Shown piece after piece: positions 19,758 to 29,559 of a stretch of DNA of 64,000 nt (position 1 is the stretch's first letter; each line of letters begins with the position of its first letter). Below the pieces are notes generated by a model. The model made no database searches and had not been told where the DNA came from. It was given only the letters and a program-made list of their open reading frames with translations. Where the stretch lies: NCBI GenBank assembly GCA_035690485.1, contig DASSKL010000080.1:67797-131796 (forward strand). The letters are read 5' to 3'. The DNA comes from Mycobacteriales bacterium. Lineage in GTDB: Bacteria; Actinomycetota; Actinomycetes; JAFAQI01; DASSKL01. The position numbers were made by a program, and so were the translations under genes.

Positions 19758-20219
19758 ATGCTCGCGCCAGGGACGCCTGCGCCCGGCTTCGCGCTGCCCG
19801 ACCAGGACGGCCGCACGGTCCGGCTGGCCGACTTCGCCGGTCGCTGGCTGCTGCTCTGGTGGTACCCCAAGGCCTCCACGCCCGGTTGAACGGTGGAGGG
19901 CTGGGCCTTGCGGGACAGGGCCGCGGAGTTCGCCGCCGCCGGCTGCGCCGTCGTCGGAGCGTCGTTCGACCCGCCGGAGGCGAACAAGGAGTTCGCCGAC
20001 GCGCAGGCGTTCGGCTTCCCGCTGCTGTCCGACGTCGACCGCAGCGTCGGGCGCGCCTACGGCGTGACCCGCGACGACGACGACCAGTACGCCGCCTACC
20101 CCCAGCGCGTCTCCTACCTGATCGACGCCGGCGGGGTCGTCCGGGTCGTCTACACCGTGGCCGACGTCGAGGGCCATGCCGACGCGGTGCTCGCCGACCT
20201 CGCCCGGCTGCGGACGTGA
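19758..20219 (+). CDS. bcp: Bcp/PrxQ-type peroxiredoxin with in-frame TGA (19887..19889) at the peroxidatic-Cys position: selenocysteine candidate or nonsense-mutated pseudogene
   Basis: …FALPDQDGRTVRLADFAGRWLLLWWYPKASTPG[TGA]TVEGWALRD… aligns with the Bcp motif YFYPKxxTPGCTxxAC.FRD. The reading frame and GC3 bias continue intact to the stop at 20219. Confidence 0.7.
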
Positions 20220-20953
20220 CCGCCGAGGCACGGGCCGGCACCACGAGCGACACCGCAGAGCTCGACAAGAGGGTCAACCAGGTCAGCTCGGGCGGCGCCC
20301 GCGCGGCGGTGCTCGGCGTCAGCGACGGCTTGGTCACCAACGTCAGCCTCATCCTTGGCCTGGCCGGCGCCGGCGCGTCCGCGTCGAGCGTGCGGCTCGC
20401 CGGGTTCGCCAGCCTGATCGCCGGCGCGCTGTCGATGGCGGCGGGCGAGTGGATCTCCGTACGCAGCCAGGTCGAGCTGTACGAGTCCGTGCTGTCCGAC
20501 GTACGCCGGCTCGTCGCCCGCAACCCGCGGCTGGTCCTCCGGGAGCTGACCGACCGGTTGGAGCACGCCGGCCTGGGTCGCAGCACCGCGCAGGTGGCGA
20601 GCACGGAGCTGCCGCTCGACGAGCCGCGCTTCCTGCGCTTCACCGCGCGCACGGTGTTCGGCGTCGACCCCGACCAGCTCGGCTCACCGTGGACGGCAGC
20701 GGTCACGTCGCTGCTGCTGTTCGCCCTCGGCGCGGCCGTGCCGCTGCTGCCGTGGTTCTTCGGCCGCGGGGCCACTGCCGCCGGGTGGTCGGTCGGGCTG
20801 ACGATGGCGGCCAGCCTGCTGACCGGGGCCGTGGTCAGTCGCAGCAGCGGTCGGCACGCGGGCTACGGTGCGGTGCGCCAGGCGCTGATCGTGGCGGCCG
20901 CCGCCGGAGCGACCTACGGCATCGGCCTGGCCTTCGGCGCGACACTGTCCTGA
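20216..20953 (+). CDS. VIT1/CCC1 family (DUF125) iron/manganese transporter
   Basis: GTG start overlaps the bcp stop (GTGA). The GVSDGLVTNVSLILG motif and 5 TM segments match the family. Confidence 0.8.
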   Translation: MTAEARAGTTSDTAELDKRVNQVSSGGARAAVLGVSDGLVTNVSLILGLAGAGASASSVRLAGFASLIAGALSMAAGEWISVRSQVELYESVLSDVRRLVARNPRLVLRELTDRLEHAGLGRSTAQVASTELPLDEPRFLRFTARTVFGVDPDQLGSPWTAAVTSLLLFALGAAVPLLPWFFGRGATAAGWSVGLTMAASLLTGAVVSRSSGRHAGYGAVRQALIVAAAAGATYGIGLAFGATLS

Positions 20954-20960
20954 TGCGAGG

Positions 20961-21692
20961 GTGTTGCCGATGACCACTGACCGCACCGCCGTCGTCACCG
21001 GCGCGGGCTCCGGCATCGGCCGGGCCACCGCCCTCCTGCTCGCCGACCTCGGCTACCGGGTCGCCGCCGCCGACCTCGACGAGGCGTCGGCGCACGAGAC
21101 CGCGGCGGCGGCCGACGGCATCACGGGCTACGGCGTCGACGTCACCGACGACCGCTCGGTCGCCGCACTCGCCGATGCTCTCGGGGCGCTCGACGTGGTG
21201 ATCAGCTGCGCGGGCTGGGACGAGACCTACCAGTTCCTCGAGACCACGCCAGACTTCTGGGCGAAGGTCGTCGCGATCAACTACCTCGGCGTCGTACGCA
21301 TGGCGCACGCGTTCCTGCCGGCGATGGTCGAGCGCGGGGCGGGTGGCCGCATCGTCAACGTCGCGAGCGACGCGGGCCGGGTCGGCAGCAGCGGCGAGTC
21401 GGTCTACGCCGGCGCCAAGGGCGGCGTCATCGCGTTCACCAAGTCGATCGCCCGCGAGATGGCGCGGCACGCGATCACGGCCAACGCCGTCTGCCCCGGC
21501 CCGACCGAGACGCCGCTGTTCCGCCGCCAGCCGGAGCGCATCCAGGAGGCGCTGGAGCGGGCGATCCCGATGCGTCGGCTGGCCACGCCCGACGACGTCG
21601 CGCACGCGATCGCCTACTTCGCCTCGGAGCCGGCCGGCTTCGTGACCGGGCAGGTGCTGTCGGTCAGCGGCGGCCTGACGATGCACGGCTGA
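20961..21692 (+). CDS. SDR family oxidoreductase
   Basis: TGAGSGIGRA Rossmann motif and YAGAKGG catalytic motif. Confidence 0.85.
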   Translation: MLPMTTDRTAVVTGAGSGIGRATALLLADLGYRVAAADLDEASAHETAAAADGITGYGVDVTDDRSVAALADALGALDVVISCAGWDETYQFLETTPDFWAKVVAINYLGVVRMAHAFLPAMVERGAGGRIVNVASDAGRVGSSGESVYAGAKGGVIAFTKSIAREMARHAITANAVCPGPTETPLFRRQPERIQEALERAIPMRRLATPDDVAHAIAYFASEPAGFVTGQVLSVSGGLTMHG

Positions 21693-21730
21693 CGGCCCAC
21701 GACGCACCCGACCGAGACGACGGAGAGACG

Positions 21731-22521
<791 letters not shown>

Positions 22522-22531
<10 letters not shown>

Positions 22532-23535
22532 CTCACCTTCACGACGCCGGTCTTCGGCAGCGACTGGCAGGCCAGGATCCAGCCCTCGTCCAGGTCCTCC
22601 TGCTCGAGCACCTGGTTGTCGACCATCTCCACCTCGCCCTCGACCAGCCGGCAGGCGCAGGCGCTGCAGTTGCCCTCGCGGCAGGAGTAGGGCGCGTCGA
22701 GGCCCTTGGCCAGCAGCACGTCGAGCAGGTGTGACTGCACGGGCCAGGCCACCTCGAAGCTCTCTCCGTCGAGCTCCACGTGCACGGTCGCGGTCGGGCC
22801 ACCGTCGTCGACGACCTCGACGGGCTGCCCCCAGCTGCTGCCGGAGAGGCTGACGAACCGTTCGAGGTGCATGTTGGCCCGCGGCACCCCGAGCGAGGTC
22901 AGCGCAGCGCTCACGGCATCCATGTAGGGCGCCGGGCCGCAGAGAAACGCGTCGTACGCCGTGTAGGGCCGGGCCAGCTCCGCCAGCTGGGCGGTCGCCG
23001 GCACCCCCTGCACCGACTCCAGCCAGTGCACGACGGACAACCGGTCGGGGTGCCGCGCGGACAGGTCCGCCAGCTCGCGGGCGAAGATGACCGATCGCTC
23101 GTCACGGTTGGCGTAGACGAGCACGAGGTGGCCGGTGCCGGTGGCGAGCGCGCTCTTCACGATCGACATCACCGGGGTGATGCCGCTGCCGCCGGCGAAC
23201 AGCAGCAGGTCGCCGGACAAATCCTTCGGGGTGAAGTGACCGGCGGGTGGCAGGACCTCGATGACCGTGCCCGGCCGCACGTTGTCGCAGACCCAGTTGG
23301 ACCCGTAGCCGTCGACGGTGCGCTTGACCGTCACCTTCATCAGGTCATCGACGTGCGGCGAGCTCGACAGCGAGTAGCAGCGTGCGGTCGGCTCCCGGTC
23401 GCTCGGGATGCGCAGGGTGAGGAACTGGCCGGGCCGGTAGGGCATCGGCGGGCCGTCGAAGACGACGGAGTGCGCGTCGTCGGTCTCCCGGACGATCTCC
23501 TTGACCGTCAGCTCGCGCGGGGCGTGGTCACTCAC
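22522..23535 (-). CDS. kshB: 3-ketosteroid 9alpha-hydroxylase reductase component (FNR-like plus C-terminal [2Fe-2S] ferredoxin)
   Basis: GTG start overlaps the upstream small ORF's stop. Carries the RCYSLSS FAD motif, an NAD-binding GGSGITP motif and a C-terminal CREGNCSACAC…C plant-type ferredoxin. Confidence 0.85.
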
Positions 23536-23798
23536 CGGTCCCCCACCGGGAGGCGCCCGCTGGCGACCGCGTCGTCGATGCTCGCGCGCAAGGACTCGCA
23601 GGCCGCGACCCGCGCGGTGCTGGCACCGGCGGCGCGGCGCTCGGCCAGCTCGGCGCACGACTGCCCAGGATCCGTGCACCACTGGATGCTGGTCTGCGCG
23701 AAGGTGTCCTTGCGCACCAGCACCGTGGTGCCGCAGCGACGGCAGGCCAGCTCCTGCATCGAGCGGCCGTCGTCGCGTTCGTCCCGGAGCACCGCCAC
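23532..23798 (-). CDS. Small Cys-rich hypothetical protein (CxxC-x19-C-x6-C), translationally coupled between kshA and kshB
   Basis: 88 codons with G/C at nearly every third position. The start GTG lies 4 nt after the kshA stop, and the stop overlaps the kshB GTG (GTGA). Confidence 0.45.
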   Translation of the reverse strand: MAVLRDERDDGRSMQELACRRCGTTVLVRKDTFAQTSIQWCTDPGQSCAELAERRAAGASTARVAACESLRASIDDAVASGRLPVGDR

Positions 23799-23802
23799 CG
23801 GT

Positions 23803-24966
23803 CTAGGCGCGGGCGGCAGCGACGTCGCCCACCTGGCCGCCGGCCTGCGCCGCCTCCACCAGCTGCTTCTGCCACGACTCGACCGCGCGAGTCGTGTCGA
23901 TCTCGAACTCGAAGCGTTGCACCATCTCGGGCGCGATGTCGGCCACGTCGACGTAGAACTGCTCGTACCAGCGGCGCAGCTGGTAGACCGGCCCGTCCTC
24001 CTCGCACAGCAGCGGGTTGTCGATCCGGGTCTTGTGCTGCCAGATCTTGACGTCTTCCAGGAACCCCTCGCCGATCATCCGGGTCATCTTGCGGGCGACC
24101 TTGGCCATCGTCTCGTCGTCGAGGCCGGGGATCTTCTTGACGATCATGCCGTACTGCAGCACGAACGAGTTGGGCGTCACCGGGTAGTGCGCGGTGATGA
24201 GGATCGACGAGATCGTCATGCCGCCGTAGTTGTCCTCGAGCCAGTCGACGAGGTAGGCGGGGCCGAAGTAGGTGGCCTCCGACTTCGTCAGCTGCCCCTC
24301 GAAGACCCCGATCTCGATCGGGGCACCGGTCGCCGCAGTCTCGTGGTTGGTGCCGGCGTAGTACTGCGTCGCGAGGTGGCCCTCGAAGACGTTCTTGAAG
24401 TAGGTCGGCAGGCCCTTGTGGATGTAGTAGAAGTGGGCCATGTCGACCATGTTGTCGACGATCTCGCGGGAGTGACTGTTGTCGACCGGGATCTGCTCCC
24501 AGGTCCAGTCGGTCCACTCGCCCGCGTCGTAACCGTCGAAGACCGGGATCGTCACGTCGTCGGGCGGAGGGTTGCCCTCGGGGTCGTGCCAGACGAACAG
24601 GTGACCGTTGCGCTCCAGCGTCAGCCACGACTTCGTGCGCGCCCGCGGCGGCACCCGCCGGGCGTAGGGGATCTCCTGGCACTTGCCGTTGCCACCCCAG
24701 CGCCAGCCGTGGAACGGGCAGGCCAGGTTGTCGCCCTGCACGGTGCCCTGGCTCAGGTCGCCACCCATGTGCCGGCAGTAGGAGTCGAGAGCGTGCAGCT
24801 CCCCGTCGGCCCCCTGCCAGACGACGAGCTTGCCGCCGAAGGCGTAGACGCCGTGCGGCTTGCCGTCGCGAAACATGCGCGCCGGGCCGAGGCAGTGCCA
24901 GCCGCGCGCGTACCGGGCCGGCGGCGTGCTGGTCTGGATGACGCGGGTCTCGTCGACGGCAGTCAC
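23803..24966 (-). CDS. kshA: 3-ketosteroid 9alpha-hydroxylase oxygenase component (Rieske)
   Basis: GTG after AGGAGG. The Rieske motif is CRHMGGDLS…CPFHGWRW. The mononuclear Fe region DMAHFYYIH and the C-terminus LRRWYEQFYVDVADI are near-identical to mycobacterial KshA. Confidence 0.93.
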   Translation of the reverse strand: MTAVDETRVIQTSTPPARYARGWHCLGPARMFRDGKPHGVYAFGGKLVVWQGADGELHALDSYCRHMGGDLSQGTVQGDNLACPFHGWRWGGNGKCQEIPYARRVPPRARTKSWLTLERNGHLFVWHDPEGNPPPDDVTIPVFDGYDAGEWTDWTWEQIPVDNSHSREIVDNMVDMAHFYYIHKGLPTYFKNVFEGHLATQYYAGTNHETAATGAPIEIGVFEGQLTKSEATYFGPAYLVDWLEDNYGGMTISSILITAHYPVTPNSFVLQYGMIVKKIPGLDDETMAKVARKMTRMIGEGFLEDVKIWQHKTRIDNPLLCEEDGPVYQLRRWYEQFYVDVADIAPEMVQRFEFEIDTTRAVESWQKQLVEAAQAGGQVGDVAAARA

Positions 24967-24986
24967 GGTCTTGCCTCCTGGGGAGA

Positions 24987-25481
24987 TCAGGCGGTACGCC
25001 GGGAGCTCGGCAGCTCGCTGCGGTGCAGCCGCTCCACGAGCTCGGTGACCGCGGCGGCCAGCGTCGCCCGGTGCTGTGGGTCGACGTCGGCGAGTGCCTC
25101 GGTCAGCTGGCTGACGTGGTAGTGGTGCACGCGCTCCAGCGCCCGCTTGCCCTTGCGGGTGGCGACGTAGTGCGACACCCGGCCGTCGCTGTCGTGCGCC
25201 TGCCGGCTGACGAAACCGGCGGCCTCGAGCTGCTGCAGCACCCGGCTCGCCGTCGGCTGGCTGAGGTCGAGCGCCTGCGCGAGCCTGGTCGCCGAGATCG
25301 GGCCGACGTCGGCGACCAGCGACAGGAAGCGCAACCCGCTGCGGGTGACGTTGACCTTTGTCGACTCGACCGTGCGCTCGTGGAAGCGAGCCGACCCGGA
25401 CAACCGGTAGAGGTCGTTGAGCGCCTGCGCGAGCCGGCTGAGCGACGGGTCGATCACGTCCGAAGTGTCCCAGATATGCAT
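24987..25481 (-). CDS. MarR family transcriptional regulator
   Basis: 164 aa with a winged-HTH segment …ISATRLAQALDLSQPTASRVLQQLEAAGFV…. Its stop is 20 nt upstream of the kshA start. Confidence 0.8.
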   Translation of the reverse strand: MHIWDTSDVIDPSLSRLAQALNDLYRLSGSARFHERTVESTKVNVTRSGLRFLSLVADVGPISATRLAQALDLSQPTASRVLQQLEAAGFVSRQAHDSDGRVSHYVATRKGKRALERVHHYHVSQLTEALADVDPQHRATLAAAVTELVERLHRSELPSSRRTA

Positions 25482-25552
25482 ACAGCACGCAAGTACCTGC
25501 CAGCGCCAGCCGAGAAGAGATGGCCGGTTGGATGGTCGAGGCCTGCGGCGGC

Positions 25553-26632
25553 CTAGGCCTCGATGAGCCGCGGGCCGAGGTGGGCGAGCTGGCAGGAGGC
25601 GCCGCCGAGCAGCGCGTCGATCTCCATCGCCCAGAGGAACCGGCGGTGTACGGGGTAGGTCGTGTCCGCGCCCATGCCGCCGTGCAGGTGCTGCACGCGG
25701 TGCTGCACCCGAAGCCCCGCGTCGGTCGCCCACCACGTCGCGACGCCGACCGCGGCACGCGCGTCGTCGTGGTGCTCGACCGCCCACGCGGCCTGCCACA
25801 GCGTCATCCGCATCGCCTGCACGTCGCAGTAGCAGTCGGCGACCTGCTGGCTCACCGCCTGGAACGTCGCGAGCGGCCGGCCGAACTGCTCGCGGCTGGA
25901 GACGTAGGCCGCGGCGTCGTGCACTCCCCCGTCGGCCACCCCGAGCGCCAGCGCCGCCAGCGCGAGCCGCGCTCGCGCGTGCAGCCACCCGACCGCGCCC
26001 GCGTCGCCGAGCGGCTCGGCCGGCGCGCCGGCGAACGTCAGGTCGGCGGCCAGGGCGTGCGTCGTCGTCTCGACCGGCTCCCGGCGTACGCCGTCGGCGG
26101 TGATGTCGACGAGGAACAGCTGCCGCTGCCCGCCGGCCTCGGCCTCGACGACCACGGCACCCGCGGCGTGGCCGTGCGGCACGGTCGCAACCAGCCCGTC
26201 GAGGCGCCAGCCGCCGTCCGTCCGCTGCGCCCGCACGCCGACGCCACCCTCGACCAGGTCGAGCGCCACGGTGAGCGTTGCGCGGCCGCCCGCGATGCGC
26301 GGCAACCACTGTTCGTGCTGCGGTCCGGTGCCGTGCTGCCCGAGCGCGAGCCCGGCCAGCGCCGTCTCCCACAACGGCAGCATGGCCAGCCGGCGGCCCT
26401 GCTGCTCCAGCACGAGCAGCAGCTCGACGAGCCCGAGCCCGGCCCCGCCGTGCTCCTCGGGCACGGCGATGCCGAGCAGTCCGGCGTCGGCGGCCTCCCG
26501 CCAACCTTCGTCGTCGACCCGCGAGGTCGACCGCTCGAGGGCCGCGAGCTGGTCACCCGCGGTGCGCCGCGCGAAGGTCTCGTCCGCGAGCGCGACGAGG
26601 GACTGCTGGTCCTCAGAGGGTCCGAGGCTCAC
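25553..26632 (-). CDS. Acyl-CoA dehydrogenase family protein (beta-type subunit of a heteromeric steroid ACAD, FadE27/FadE32-like)
   Basis: GTG start overlaps the upstream ACAD stop (GTGA). The protein has the ACAD fold with a C-terminal …GGMGADTTYPVHRRF… segment. Confidence 0.85.
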   Translation of the reverse strand: MSLGPSEDQQSLVALADETFARRTAGDQLAALERSTSRVDDEGWREAADAGLLGIAVPEEHGGAGLGLVELLLVLEQQGRRLAMLPLWETALAGLALGQHGTGPQHEQWLPRIAGGRATLTVALDLVEGGVGVRAQRTDGGWRLDGLVATVPHGHAAGAVVVEAEAGGQRQLFLVDITADGVRREPVETTTHALAADLTFAGAPAEPLGDAGAVGWLHARARLALAALALGVADGGVHDAAAYVSSREQFGRPLATFQAVSQQVADCYCDVQAMRMTLWQAAWAVEHHDDARAAVGVATWWATDAGLRVQHRVQHLHGGMGADTTYPVHRRFLWAMEIDALLGGASCQLAHLGPRLIEA

Positions 26633-27783
26633 CGGGCACCTCGCGGCATGCCGAGACCGGTGGTGCAGATCATGTCGCGCAGCACCTCGTTGACCCCCCC
26701 GCCGAACGTGTTGACGATCGACCCGCGGGTGAGCACCTCGACGCGGCCGTCGAGCGGCGCGCCCGGCTGACCCTGCCGCCGCGCACCGGCAGCACCGAGC
26801 AGGCCGAACAGCGTGCGGCAGACCGACACGTGGGTCTCGGTGCCGAACACCTTGGCGGCCGAGGCATCGGCCACCGAGACCGTGCCGTCCTGCACCGCCG
26901 CGGCCACCTGCCAGTTGAGCAGCCGCACCGCCTCGACCTGCGCGTAGGTGCGGGCGAGGTCCTGGCGCACCCACGGCTCGCCCGCGATCCCCTGCTCGAC
27001 GCACCAGTCGCGCACGCCCTCCCACAGCGCCTCGGTGCGGCCGGAGAACGCGGCGAGCCCGATCCGCTCGTGGTTGAGCTGGGCGGTGATCAACCGCCAG
27101 CCGCCGTCGACCTCGCCGACGACGTTGCCGGCCGGCACCCGCACGCCGTCGTAGAACGTCGTCGTCGTCATGTTGCCGCCCACGGTGTGCAGCGGCGCCC
27201 AGGAGAAGCCGGGGCTGTCCGTCGGCACGATGAACATCGAGATGCCCTTGTGCTTCGGGGCATCGGGGTTCGTGCGTGCGGCCAGCCAGACGTAGTCGGA
27301 GTGGCCCGCGCTGCTGGTGAACACCTTGTTGCCGTCGATCACCCACTCGCCGCCCGCACGCACGGCCCGGGTGCGCAGCGACGCGAGGTCGGTGCCCGAC
27401 CCCGGCTCGGTGTAGCCGATGGCGAACAGGCACTCACCGGCGAGGATGCGCGGGAGGTAGTGGGCCTTCTGCTCGGGCGTGCCGAACGCCATCAGCGTCG
27501 GACCGACGGTGTTGATGGTCACGAAGGGGAACGGCGCGCCCGCCCGCTGCACCTCGGTGAACAGCAGCAGCTGCTCGAACGCCGTCGCCCCCCCGCCGCC
27601 GTACTCCTTCGGCCAGCCGAGGCCGAGCCAGCCGTCGGCACCGATCTGGCGTACCAGCCGGCGGAACAGCTCGGGGTTGTCGCCCTCGCCGCCCAGCTCC
27701 GCCTTGACCGCCGGCGGCAGCAGCCTCGCGAAGTAGGCCCGCAGCTCGTCACGCAGCTCGCGCTGGTCGGCCGTGAGCTCCAT
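26629..27783 (-). CDS. Acyl-CoA dehydrogenase (alpha-type subunit, FadE26/FadE31-like)
   Basis: Start at MELTADQRELRDE. Canonical ACAD N-terminal, middle and C-terminal domains (…GYTEPGSGTDLASL…). Confidence 0.88.
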   Translation of the reverse strand: MELTADQRELRDELRAYFARLLPPAVKAELGGEGDNPELFRRLVRQIGADGWLGLGWPKEYGGGGATAFEQLLLFTEVQRAGAPFPFVTINTVGPTLMAFGTPEQKAHYLPRILAGECLFAIGYTEPGSGTDLASLRTRAVRAGGEWVIDGNKVFTSSAGHSDYVWLAARTNPDAPKHKGISMFIVPTDSPGFSWAPLHTVGGNMTTTTFYDGVRVPAGNVVGEVDGGWRLITAQLNHERIGLAAFSGRTEALWEGVRDWCVEQGIAGEPWVRQDLARTYAQVEAVRLLNWQVAAAVQDGTVSVADASAAKVFGTETHVSVCRTLFGLLGAAGARRQGQPGAPLDGRVEVLTRGSIVNTFGGGVNEVLRDMICTTGLGMPRGAR

Positions 27784-27813
27784 GTGCAGCACGGGCGCAC
27801 AGTACCGCTCCCG

Positions 27814-27827
27814 GGCAAGCGCTTGGT
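27814..27827. promoter_or_regulatory. KstR2-type operator-like palindrome GGCAAGCGCTTGGT in the divergent ACAD / SDR-ipdABC promoter region
   Basis: Matches AnCAAGnnCTTGnT in 13 of 14 positions. The core CAAGCGCTTGGT is identical to the fadD3-kstR2 site. Confidence 0.5.
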
Positions 27828-27862
27828 AGGTTCTGCTCACTCCGCGACCAAGGGAGCCAGCA

Positions 27863-28738
27863 GTGGCAGGCACGAGTCATGGCCGGGTCGTCATCGTCAC
27901 CGGCGCCGGTCAGGGCATCGGGCGGGCGCACGCCCACGCGTTCGCCGCCGACGGCGCCGCCGTGGTCGTCAACGACGTCGGGCCGGCCGCGCAGCAGGTG
28001 GTCGACGACATCAAGGCCGCGGGTGGCACCGCGGTCGCCAGCACCGGCGACGTCGCCGACTGGGACTACGCCGCCGCACTCGTCGCCACGGCGCTGGAGG
28101 AGTTCGGCCAGCTCGACGCCCTGGTCAACAACGCCGGCCTGGTGCGCGACCGGATGCTCGTCAACATGGCCGAGGCCGAGTGGGACGAGGTGCTCCGCGT
28201 CGACCTCAAGGGGCACTTCTGCCCACTGCGGCATGCCGCGGCCTACTGGCGCGACGAGAGCAAGGCCGGCCGGCAACGGGCCGCCCGCATCGTCAACACC
28301 TCGTCCGGGGCCGGCCTCCTCGGCAGCGTCGGACAGGGCAACTACTCGGCCGCGAAGGCGGGGGTCGCGGCGATGACGCAGGTGGCCGCGGCCGAGCTGG
28401 CCCGCTACGGCATCACGGTCAACGCGATCGCCCCCGCCGCCCGCACGCCGATGACCGAGCAGGTCTTCGCCGCGACGATGGCCAAGCCGGAGGACGGCTT
28501 CGACGCGATGGACCCGGCCAACGTCTCGCCGCTCGTGGTGTGGCTGGCGAGCGAGGACAGCGGCGACGTCTCCGGCCGCGTCTTCGAGGTCGAAGGCGGC
28601 ATAATCAGCCCGGCCGACGGCTGGCAGCACGGACCGCGCGAGGACAAGGGCGAGCGCTGGTCGCCGGCCGAGATCGGTCCGGTCGTGCGCCGGCTGCTCA
28701 AGGAGGCGCCCGCCCCGGCGCCGGTCTACGGGGCCTGA
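27863..28738 (+). CDS. SDR family oxidoreductase
   Basis: VTGAGQGIGRA motif and YSAAKAG catalytic motif. Confidence 0.85.
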   Translation: MAGTSHGRVVIVTGAGQGIGRAHAHAFAADGAAVVVNDVGPAAQQVVDDIKAAGGTAVASTGDVADWDYAAALVATALEEFGQLDALVNNAGLVRDRMLVNMAEAEWDEVLRVDLKGHFCPLRHAAAYWRDESKAGRQRAARIVNTSSGAGLLGSVGQGNYSAAKAGVAAMTQVAAAELARYGITVNAIAPAARTPMTEQVFAATMAKPEDGFDAMDPANVSPLVVWLASEDSGDVSGRVFEVEGGIISPADGWQHGPREDKGERWSPAEIGPVVRRLLKEAPAPAPVYGA

Positions 28739-28743
28739 CATCC

Positions 28744-29559
28744 ATGGCTGACAAGCGGATGACCGCCGAGCAGGTGATCGGGGAGCTGCGCTCGGGCATG
28801 ACGCTCGGCATCGGGGGCTGGGGCTCGCGGCGCAAGCCGATGGCACTGGTGCGCGCCCTGTTGCGTTCCGACGTGACCGACCTGACCGTCGTCTCCTACG
28901 GCGGCCCCGACGTCGGGCTGCTCTGCGCAGCGGGCAAGGTGCGGCGGCTGGTCTTCGGCTTCGTCTCGCTCGACTCGATCCCGCTGGAGCCACACTTCCA
29001 GGCGGCGCGCAAGGCCGGCACGATCGAGGTCACGGAGCTCGACGAAGGCATGCTCCAGTGGGGGCTCTACGCCGCGTCGCTGCGGCTGCCGTTCCTGCCG
29101 ACACGCGCCGGCCTCGGGTCGGACGTCATGCGGGTCAACCCGGACCTGCGCACGGTCACCTCGCCCTACGCCGGCGGCGAAGAGCTGGTCGCCGTACCCG
29201 CCCTGCACCTCGACGCGGCGCTCGTGCACCTCAACCGGGCCGACCCGAGCGGCAACGCGGTGTTCCTCGGCCCCGACCTCTACTTCGACGACCTCTACTG
29301 CCAGGCCGCCGAGCGCGCCTACCTGTCCTGCGAGCGGGTCGTGCCGACGGAGGAGCTCGCCAAGCACGACGTGACCCGGATGCGCATCAGCCGCTGGATG
29401 GTGCACGGCGTGGTCGAGGCCCCGGGTGGCGCGCACTTCACCTCCTGCGTGCCCGACTACGACCGGGACGAGGACTTCCAGAAGCAGTACGTCGCCGCAG
29501 CCAAGGAACCCGACGCCTGGCCCGCCTTCTACGAGCGCTACCTCGCGGAGCAGTCATGA
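28744..29559 (+). CDS. ipdA: HIEC-CoA/COCHEA-CoA hydrolase CoA-transferase-like alpha subunit
   Basis: The 3-oxoacid CoA-transferase A-subunit fold is evident. The ATGA junction to ipdB, the gene order ipdA-ipdB-ipdC and the KstR2 motifs match the mycobacterial HIP-degradation cluster. Confidence 0.88.
   Translation: MADKRMTAEQVIGELRSGMTLGIGGWGSRRKPMALVRALLRSDVTDLTVVSYGGPDVGLLCAAGKVRRLVFGFVSLDSIPLEPHFQAARKAGTIEVTELDEGMLQWGLYAASLRLPFLPTRAGLGSDVMRVNPDLRTVTSPYAGGEELVAVPALHLDAALVHLNRADPSGNAVFLGPDLYFDDLYCQAAERAYLSCERVVPTEELAKHDVTRMRISRWMVHGVVEAPGGAHFTSCVPDYDRDEDFQKQYVAAAKEPDAWPAFYERYLAEQS

Noticed and set aside
19890-19950. Hand-folded SECIS-like hairpin downstream of the bcp TGA.
   Set aside because: In such GC-rich sequence many pairings are possible by eye. 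I could not establish a convincing SelB-type stem-loop, so it is mentioned only as something to compute, not as a feature.
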